IMG/VR virus record: IMGVR_UViG_3300044641_006340
Origin: an uncultured virus (IMG/VR IMGVR_UViG_3300044641_006340)
Taxonomy: Duplodnaviria; Heunggongvirae; Uroviricota; Caudoviricetes
Length of the DNA: 64,000 bases
Direction: 5' to 3' (one strand)
Below, one piece after another: positions 62,501 to 64,000 of the stretch. The first letter of the stretch is position 1, and each line of letters opens with the position of its first letter. Position numbers and translations under genes: made by a program. Below the pieces are notes generated by a model, which had not been told where the DNA came from, searched no databases, and saw only the letters and a program-made list of their open reading frames with translations.

Positions 62501-63298
62501 AATAGTGTTGGCAACAGCTCCCAACTCATTTTTTGCATCTCCAGTAACCTGAGCAATTCTTGTCATCTGTAAATCAAAGTCTATAAAGGATGCAACCCCT
62601 TGCCTAATAGCATTAGTTAGTCCGTAAACAATACCAGTAACAGTTGTAATAGCTGAAAATCTTCTAAAAGCCAATCCTGACTGACGACCAAATTCTATCA
62701 TCTCATTGCTAGCTAGAGCAATACTATTCCTAGCCCCACCAGCGGCTCTTCCAAGATTGCCAACATTCACAGAAGCATTATTAATACTGGCTGCAGCTGT
62801 TGATGCTCCTCTCATAGCTGCTGTAAGAGCATTAATTGCTGCTGTGGCATTAGTTGCTGATGCTGTTATCTGATTAAGGTTATTATTTAAAGCTCTTAAG
62901 TTATTACCATAAGTTGTAACTGCGGCAGTATTAAATCTAACGTTAACATTGGTATTGATTGATCCTAATTGACGTCTGATATCAGAAGCTACTGCTCGTA
63001 TTGAAGATTGGTTGGCTCTTACATTAACATTAGCTGTAACCCCTCCTAATTGTCGTCTTATATCAGCACCAATACTTCTTAATGATGCTGTATTAGCTCT
63101 TATTTTAACATCAGAAGTTATATTAGATAATTGACTCCTAATTGTACTAGCAATAGTACGAATAGATTGTCTATTGACTGTTGGAGTAATGTTTACGGAT
63201 ACTGATCCTACTTGTCTACGAATATCTGCTACTACTGTCCTAATATTAGAGGGACCACGTAGATTCAGCTCTGCTGTTAGATTAAATCCTTTGCTCAT
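41558..63298 (-). CDS. Giant (7246 aa) tail tape measure protein carrying multiple enzymatic cargo domains
   Basis: TP901-type TMP core (FDLQMTRIAQVTG..LAQAG..RESAETIATGLRTIFTR, about 61650-62600), helical Ala/Gln-rich regions, position after a chaperone-like gene, and repeated modules with enzyme motifs. Confidence 0.88.
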   Translation of the reverse strand: MSKGFNLTAELNLRGPSNIRTVVADIRRQVGSVSVNITPTVNRQSIRTIASTIRSQLSNITSDVKIRANTASLRSIGADIRRQLGGVTANVNVRANQSSIRAVASDIRRQLGSINTNVNVRFNTAAVTTYGNNLRALNNNLNQITASATNATAAINALTAAMRGASTAAASINNASVNVGNLGRAAGGARNSIALASNEMIEFGRQSGLAFRRFSAITTVTGIVYGLTNAIRQGVASFIDFDLQMTRIAQVTGDAKNELGAVANTITNLSTTLGASSAELTKTTVTLAQAGLTAKDTATALRALALSALAPSFDDMNQTVEGSIALMRQFGIGANQLEMALGSVNAVSAKFAVEASDIITAIQRTGGVFASASKGVSTGTDALNEFIAVFTSIRATTRESAETIATGLRTIFTRVQRAETIESLKEFGVTLTDLEGKFVGPYVAVQRLSEGLSRLDPRDLKFSQIVEELGGFRQIGKVLPLIQQFATAQDALSVAQQGQGSLAADAAKGQLALAVQIQKVREEFLALIRSIGETSSFQNMVKVGLDLASALIKVADATKGIIPLLTMFAAFKGISTATQYISGFGQGIRGRAARGSAEGGRIYAFASGGLVPGSGDRDTVSARLTPGEFVMRKSAVKSIGAGNLYSLNRNSGGIIPSSSDIQRFSQRNPTNESGIVKSVKSKNKKTPPDNALESWTNNPTPQNLALAHFGSEMPMTPTHFRQYINRPTAVRGIPTKSNQLAPSLKIAQGNISSLSSASSSQIQYIIDTLGLNQKPPILLSIPRLTNNAMRDSGQGAFSAALASWIKANPALLVSDGKRRGADRIKSTDLVNSPQNFANTISAKIPKQTVIHDSDLSSLTTDIWSLLSEEKKQFLSDRADIIWKRLVKDKRAGVQQRQEGAYKVGSIDLINRRSMGGSIQRFPVGGEVKPVIRTVGVIDSDDWKEDPVVAAQMKMMGITKLDEYKVHMSNLVAEKRKSGGIRRLRTVFGAAASGKTTAAYGGARSQEADNARLRKTTRRAIRVPSDLEGLDEVIDTTSVLGPRNTTSLRASDRIRNLSSRSKASQEAVVSRRKDRDRLSESGVPDPSGRNYGLFNRRPGATDGAPVDTGIDEAWLAASEVSGVDPKKVITTDVATGRRIGAPTVRTPEKTTVFSGNVGPMTSGHVEAIMKGSKKAKTRPEDTVIYVAGNTPIDPFTRDDQRERTAIFPQKSSSGPSRVGMAQAVLGSKGFNISAAPKGIAPGAFPKAFKIEGQEDSYIVPNSTGNFAIIGNDKPDSTIERNRSQGYEPIKIARNGISGTDARAAIMSNDLEAMERLLTPEGIAYLKPHMATLQKRPKLLDSILARIQENAQKGKGRAGRYFSSLAELSTLPARVTAKTPTDVATRVKNLREQRDIDEAVLGRRAARMLPRLEGLGRSSGGTIQKFLDGGWVQRMQTKPDSILRDEMSLLSSSIMMMDVGERKGSASTFNTGAIYEDVGKREAKERLAAIQKFLQERTTKTVAKLKEKKGAGLKSTPQYDAQEQLDAIIYYQGGSGPLIKAMAAGKKTFSDRESKYQTADVVGRLNAATQFKAPKKLYSGLGPSQLREIIKDTGVSIDELLDRSGVAFTAMSGKNVDFPTFVSTTDKKQQALRFVGNPGAMLNIDSANAKTKVIDLLKAKGKTDTSSSKPQSSRRLSGLNKIDPKKLDVYDSEREFILPPGVKFKLNKVSGFVGEDFKETIKPGKKKKFADSYEDYLNDQFFEKTKLDIQAQMLNSGGRVQRLMAGGVAEESDVTTSTKASVGEIIKLLGLQRAAAAGGISSTDVYTTLNKRTPTPQQAASKAAILAEFTKQKTALASKAAASQTRKQNKATAKGLVFGAAGLFGSAFATQPVIQTIQDSRLKDPNKQHTVSIYSGVYKNQKRASSIDASFDKAVDTIPMQQAQKEKRAEMVAQKKKAATILGGLESGRELNLDFDRTLAFGADKILADPKQPRFSEFSDTTKVTEALSKAKLSVLGRRLASLVAKKPDLLKNIRVITARPKVTLPLIQTWLSSKGLPIPDSQFKGLGGPTISGSDIAKLKAAELTPGSIFVDDDKRNIAAARKRADEGIDVYRYRGVKKLKENTQSLENIESLKGNLLEAFIRRLGAVGSPKGNGFDFMNGLGKVSQKFDPKLPPKIPTDVKRTLAGPSTIKDNIVTYLKNVKGFNNGGAVQSFMAGGAAKKIAFKVGDKVRSLEEWGLDREDDPAYTVLGINKDGSVKLSDPNSDGTWTAQANMIERYARGGAVQSFMAGGVATKTRKPKEVFGTGETEFPSRISKKYAEEQHSAGERLRAKLAWDRNPKDERIIIDDEKVKESFQQPFDRNRFIASFKEKISRDSLFERMSDFAKFVGLPQEDLTTALPLQLDFGASQRGGGLGMFAAAQFEKGATGIRPYEGYDISKSGYGEKQKQEAYGLEKLIEAKQKEIKKITKTPTETFDDGSFSFDRDAFQKANIELDSLKNRFFRLKDLKREAEKAALAEQNTVSSATGRGTISFAPSMGYSSDTKNSTLYHEMTHQLFQGLRTRSEESFNKYRTKVASLFSGDNDDLADAFDSLTSGGGYSSADVVYGRSYKSNNLSQILLSYYRQVGDSSRGATPIPEDITKNLASLSNQSTTAKRAREYRPINPQVNKALLQAGDKFGMTQEKINRMEDNGKEEFLTTLIEKAPQLDQHLQGILDSTLTELLGSAGIQRQKYAAGGNVKFAGGGYSANTVPALVSNGEAFVPPETARKIGYSTLNRMNQADRNGMGRFSEGGISLFKGPGSGTSDSIGPVGLPVGGFVIRAAATKALGFNRGGAVQRFAFGGAPRALPNVNVNYNQALAVVGVMDSVTSELENLAGVLQTLGVRSSDSARIIQSGTQATYQQAIRATEADIRRARLAGATAEQIANAENQLANIRNQARQDIETRRTLGGLSGNQLQAIESNAETIRNTATERMRNRLARRGMSQEDIDTRLQENAGAISRASYERASRASGVNLRAAGLTGDDAQRFVRQSMGDPRVLRQMDQQLRQQLRNSTEYTTASRAQQRQMRQSVEEEIRTRRDIVNNLARQRGQQAPGGDQRGNFGGMLGLSFGLQGLGSLLAQQINASSSASNAATAGAIQGGVSGLATGAMLTGGIRDMLGSSLSPAMSKLLGGFGFVATAAAAVGQAFIDSHNAVITFEKTLQQNKVETALSDSQKLFEKLNNGIKNIDVQRTLTSKLAEAGDAVIAGIELNNSRAKAMWVNLLDVGTLKGNNIATTLGKNLYGFAPDNDSNAMAQRSEILEKKGILNYLRSTDSFGEGDIGRRKEYESLIPEKARENSKSFAETAKLTNDLIGAKIQSGSSVEDIFKDPAWAKQAEVIARSNTAVEQEILTIRNRADISNLEKEARIKNIISINAEEAVRQRASVVERQKQMKSLDDTTNVYTRSLERMFQNMEQSIGRASFSLEQMSKDIDLVSDSLQGQAKIGGIALTAINTLQNPRAYSDQAVSGARNVAAESFGIRSPEMVSLLGVGEKIESTVMSTINKTVNKNPGITNEALGIVVGRDVKSALADLSLPADLVDKLSGEVGNILKDFQTSGEDKLDYTKLSEKLGQLNRVVDSSKRAQEVAIKALEFYQNALNTYAQNINKTIDLQISANQRLRKATDIVTDSELSLAKTLGKNISLENARATVNSRVAARTGGVTNPNDIFDSINKLENTRTVQQAEQRSAADRGVSGQADFIKFTKNLADTNVGLRENIDALKYLAENTDIAASAMEKIQEAQQKASGRASFIEKLVTSTPEELDSLSGAFQRLQNNANGQINTINRSVGAQRAYYEALQNGASMMEAMKAAQGAFVNERKETLGALNDIIPFLGDGQQAGNVKANVLESMLQESGIGVSPLFQQILNTLRNPEMDPATQAAIAEYREGNNLQARANALLAQLDSNLARDIASQSAKALASAMSNVKLNFETTELSDIASNIQQINAKIPAGVVPAVPKASGGIIYAAAGRAIDFKSQGTDTVPAMLTPGEFVVNRAATQRNLPLLHSINSNKYSGGGPVKYYSSGGYVSQNFKSEYKKSSDDLNLSREKYIDPTSTAFSDIKSVFAGPDKFVRGVQPTNIKAPLATGSRGKASLASIQSTNSMEDLYLGEAPAILVEKNADNQDVFEYGVMNRPRAHLLNPLGYVIDKPFDTKNITKNKFAEYRDNFLQKLRDNDIDLSTMIASRPAVDNFENIRQSFISDEFYNPNVSSDNPVGMIVTRNKNLGAIGWNKQSTDHPKTLKLFKFGSAEEDATMVSDKDFGLYKLQLDLMMSETSAKDRIKLLAGDNSWVADKDNIDRIIKTQELNIEDIKKSQTFAFTDPRNAAFNNLFKAEDPNLSNLRQKLEMLHSGAEAILLTGSELNFFDPKALHPDHSEAVTLLHVLSNKYRPILQKSLNTKEQADKIHTAFPKLMVGGAGLQNLDRPIDSWATNYEFGIYDVADMSKMKTFPWVANADPSVISQDIQAAIDNQAEQLKTKYGISTKPVSDFGSYKLKLPDPIGDIDLPYHMQYTEYTGPQIATDPSKADSNGFNLAANLNKVLLMTPNNKNPFSPYSQFKKYDYSTAYVNKKLTGDEIFDKAHVQLDQIPDFATLVKGNIDRNQRDQLKENLKSVQYSIDLDSLTDHANHPILKNIPLFTDSPTEKKTHVFSIGEYLSTVADKVFADKDAAAKKAVGEIDDKGQLAGDVIKDNDLPRAVKDLAKLSLGVFGRRRVPGLPGNWLYNSIRGVLQRPFRDSGVAKQAAGYTSNVFGNFGGYLSKLAPMTRNANVYQQLKELFTLGSGAAMAFAGLASGDTRMIGQFTKLNLNAEDLFRTLGGASLFGRISSTQLSGDYQAILGQQLEGAKIKTVGANGTLSPVSPDKAMPQKYNDLVNVAFNPYNEFPSKDTRKGIIEKLTMDMINARDQMGLPYFDSNTQRFLYGNMSSLYNWYGGNGVWEGQDYFFDKNADPDNAKRTQQVIDSLRGQAGQDAYSKGNIAHNTLGFASRYGSLPTDKWFVQRREAGLNAEAEAVNNPNATQDALRFATGGVVYAQDGKHINFQPRGTDTVPAMLTPGEFVINRQATQRNLPLLKSINNGGVQGFSSGGVAYLSRGGQPNDVSSGRFELSDDQAPFSHRSINPLTGNRTPEKGDDLEKKYRINSGIYDYLTLRTTMPDWLVSLNNLSFDDNSMRFFSDASFYKTLTRIREATDLRSLQNLSYDFVKGFKYRDYNQDSRLSGFDFTTHLSKTDGILGLIDPDVGGDLQPKDLVKWRTTKAKLQAKGSAARVIRNLTPDLENIRDILSDQKPAGENNNPEFKNRNDYESPAALIRSTVSQWKKDRQQQQLRVKVRQEERAAEDGGQITMPPHLSLDFDKINEEDVVKDILTKNKTPNTKNLVDWLENNVKTVSEKVADLVPVPKASEEWDAADAERPRVILDLIKNGPEAFMIGMRGETKEGKGKRLIYGLLNQSARVQGINNLIKARSLFSGSDTPLRKDGDMARIDSSLVYSDQTRTPENFVGREDKVARPGQFKPGIMLDRLRNPVDDAAIPGSGPNREETPAERTERENRARMADRNGRSAIRGLELWDTNRDGQISFEEWSEFTPEQPKLERFFGASTVDALMGAYSLALKGLGLRDKNATDNFKPRTLKDFFNNIDKDNSGFIDPHEFSDMVGQPLKYLDLETDREAKELGDTLGTQRDPRGANKLAYARIDKAQIASVKALLKQDFKELYPVSFSKASQYSEREVIQPQIDELRKITGVSERDKINKRTVLANIASSLNKNNSDWGLAPNVKENLGNIIVKINQDSLLFPGVVNKAYTQGLAIPQDLLHNTDINYEKTLNASGVDRDIFETIWQDYKLFSKFDNPNSKASFEKTYKLENELNSQEMGEAEERSKAAAELNQKAKNKRAAKNDLTKKILREELFVKDSYFKEFPKQWGGRYKDYYDLPDPTLARHVEMYNSSIPSGESGRLSMPTADQEQDHKDRLKDISKNPNPIYASNGMLIPYQPRGTDTVPAMLTPGEFVVNRAATQRNLPLLKSINSNTYLAKGGSVGQTVINIPANTIKNNLDTINTNAIKNYNISKHIKEQNSLMIRGAEQTHRETLNIGNDVGEMRDQSTSTYIETQQMIGKAREIMERYQQLPNNLSTGGIVYAADGTLINYQPRGTDTVPAMLTPGEFVVNAQATRANLPLLQSINQSKGGSIKGFANGGVIYATDGGTIPTKPDGSADTNFDARKAKRTAYLQRQIEKEEKSEFIDKLGILYNDTTNKEKIADALKRQKDYRRKIDYYIRQFTTDKALDIKLKRFPRISEAAEMLVEQSQQPTVDPFAQPDYGPGPAIMVNGKRVQSKANGGVVYAQEGFDPSRPLNPMINRHGKGPTSTLPQQPITNFDSEKLAEEGKAFMYGAAKSVLPGLAGLGAGVLGLPTTGPGGFAIGLGAGAAVYQAQENYLNALAPQTNKDINKTMEDNWQASLLGSLLGGIGADKIGRNLLSSSMKNTSGIRMLPSGNGSSRPDMKSAGQEALEEFSLRSRPAASAPLDMPKTAKTVSLFHASNTGLENSILQSFQKQGGKSGIAGGYGQGKGLYAYTSREAAEKHARNILKGGTLTGADIRGKPMIVKFDEALDPSKFDLDYEFNAGYVTRWIHDNFDDIQKILADQKIPMLKGKGLDPVTGSKGIHTQVSTVQPGTLDALLQSRTGGVGPKKWIYDTQDSTRDGEILSRIIKALEKRNPEMVKKFRQGFFETMPAGSAIKYTGSDNLMPSNIDVLAKARGGMIYASRGTLVNYQPRGTDTVPAMLTPGEFVVNAKATSRNLSLLQSINNGVKGYSNGGVVDPIYRDPGGVVPSLGDLINTKYKDAKDEDLEPKKDDSKEIKREKYRVRMDRKKKNSPYQQMLDQRREAYENPNSREERVRERNEQNNPLLKIQRLVTEQYQQDPIKFQKEGYKSKSPQELAAEYEQLWSSEPPEKLYDIAKAKYFEDQKRYKGLKTVYSNSLNALALIRQRPAFGNTIIENSGKRLVELLNTVVQGSYAEGLALDQGWKILGQKYPEFLAENSPTNQRRAAGLYAGGLIYANTGMLIPYQPRGTDTVPAMLTPGEFVVNKQATQNNLDLLKQINSNRYNQGGAVAYKQSGGPIAAATKPIYRQYGGMTDETSTGGGGGVSNNGNVGLNLDGLSNFTATFDKFIQQLNGLKLPEVINIQGNHKVDVVINGAAAFQGMQEGVRNMVLMEVNKAMASISKQTDGAIS
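41945..51360 (-). repeat. Six near-identical coding repeats GTDTVPAMLTPGEFV(V/I)N..AT..NL.LL..IN
   Basis: Copies at about 51200-51360, 48015-48175, 45170-45312, 44705-44865, 42835-42990 and 41945-42105. Three more divergent copies at about 61380-61495, 55020-55165 and 54880-54990. Confidence 0.95.
56485..56740. repeat. Exact 34-bp direct repeat flanking a 188-bp insert
   Basis: CTCCACCGGCCATAAAGCTTTGAACAGCTCCACC at 56485-56518 and 56707-56740, encoding GGAVQSFMAGG twice. Confidence 0.95.
62921..63244 (-). repeat. Four tandem 27-aa repeats at the TMP N-terminus
   Basis: IRTVVADIRRQVGSV / IRTIASTIRSQLSNI / LRSIGADIRRQLGGV / IRAVASDIRRQLGSI, with a period of 27 aa. Confidence 0.85.
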
Positions 63299-63310
63299 AT
63301 TTTATATCCT

Positions 63311-63351
63311 AAAAAAAGAACACCATGCAAACGCTATGTCGCATGGTGCTC
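63311..63351 (-). terminator. Intrinsic terminator between the chaperone and TMP genes
   Basis: Minus strand GAGCACCATGCGA-loop-TTGCATGGTGTTC (13-bp stem with two G-U pairs), followed by T7. Confidence 0.8.
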
Positions 63352-63381
63352 AAGATTGTGAAACTCAAATTATATAGAAAA

Positions 63382-64000
63382 TTACTCTGTCTTGGGAGTC
63401 TCTGTTGTTGGTTGCGGTGAAGTTTCTGGTGTTTTAGTTTCATCAGTTTTCTTTTCTTCCGTAACTGGTTTTTCTTCATCCAAAACAACTGGTTTACCTT
63501 CGTCATCAAGGAACGGTTCTGATTCTACAACATAATCTCCATCAGCATCTACCCTATTGCCATACTTATCAACATAACTACCTTGTTCGTCGATGTATCG
63601 TCCTCTCTCGTCAATAAGTCTGCCGTCGGCGTCCACCAAACGACCCTTCTTATCAATCAAGCGAAGTTTTTCATCAACAAACTTATACTTCTGTAAAAAC
63701 TTATTTTCTGGTAAGCCTTTTTCAAAGTTATTATCCAGTCCATAAATCATGTTAGCCAATTTTTGAGCACCTAATAGAGCTACTGGGTCGTCAGCCTTAT
63801 TAAGATAGTCTTCCAAATTTTTAAAGTATAGATCATTACTATCTTTATACACCACACAAGCTGATACTAGGTAGTTAAATCTGGCGTTATCTGCTTGACC
63901 TTCTGCACTATGGTTATCTAGACTTGTGCGAACACTAATAAGGTCTCTAATTTCTGCTCTAACATTTTTCATTTCTAGAGCTAGCTTTTTAGCCTCATTT
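63382..64000 (-). CDS. Probable tail assembly chaperone (5' end outside the window)
   Basis: Frame stays open to the window edge. Lies immediately upstream of the TMP. C-terminal 7-aa 'xxDxxGx' repeats and an acidic tail. Confidence 0.55.
   Translation of the reverse strand, partial: NEAKKLALEMKNVRAEIRDLISVRTSLDNHSAEGQADNARFNYLVSACVVYKDSNDLYFKNLEDYLNKADDPVALLGAQKLANMIYGLDNNFEKGLPENKFLQKYKFVDEKLRLIDKKGRLVDADGRLIDERGRYIDEQGSYVDKYGNRVDADGDYVVESEPFLDDEGKPVVLDEEKPVTEEKKTDETKTPETSPQPTTETPKTE

Noticed and set aside
63298..63305. TATAAATA (T4 late-promoter-like) at the TMP start
   Set aside because: It overlaps the start codon and RBS spacer, so it cannot give a normal leader. It is likely chance in AT-rich DNA.
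42304..63377. Numerous short + strand ORFs antisense to the TMP
   Set aside because: These are shadow ORFs of a long coding strand with no recognisable motifs.
63309..63509. Overlapping 66-aa ORF as a programmed -1 frameshift product of the tail chaperone (G/GT type)
   Set aside because: It lies in the +1 frame relative to the chaperone, I see no XXXYYYZ slippery site, and it runs through the terminator hairpin.
1..64000. Stop-codon reassignment, tRNA or rRNA genes
   Set aside because: Genes tile the window at high density under the standard code, and the intergenic gaps are too short and show no cloverleaf.

Overview
This AT-rich, gene-dense window looks like part of a large (probably jumbo) tailed dsDNA phage genome in two convergent blocks. 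The + strand block (1-20397) is a replication/recombination module: RecA-like recombinase, DnaB helicase, primase, dNMP kinase, Cas4/RecB-like nuclease, a DnaE polymerase split into two intein-less genes around a DnaQ exonuclease, and SSB. It continues into a glycosyltransferase/nucleotidyltransferase cluster and small accessory genes. The - strand block (20394-64000) is a tail module: probable tail assembly chaperone, a 7246-aa tape measure protein (TMP), a beta-repeat tail fibre, two paralogous tail proteins and large Cys-rich virion proteins. The standout feature is the TMP, built like a cassette polyprotein. Nine copies of a 'GG..GTDTVPAMLTPGEFV' module and several short paired-GG linkers separate cargo domains: P-loop kinase, HxGH nucleotidyltransferase, two ADP-ribosyltransferase-like domains, HAD phosphatase, possible PD-(D/E)XK nuclease, SH3-like domain, HExxH zincin and EF-hands. 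One cassette is GC-rich and flanked by an exact 34-bp direct repeat, suggesting recombinational cassette exchange. All calls come from motif reading only, with no database searches. Domain boundaries are approximate.
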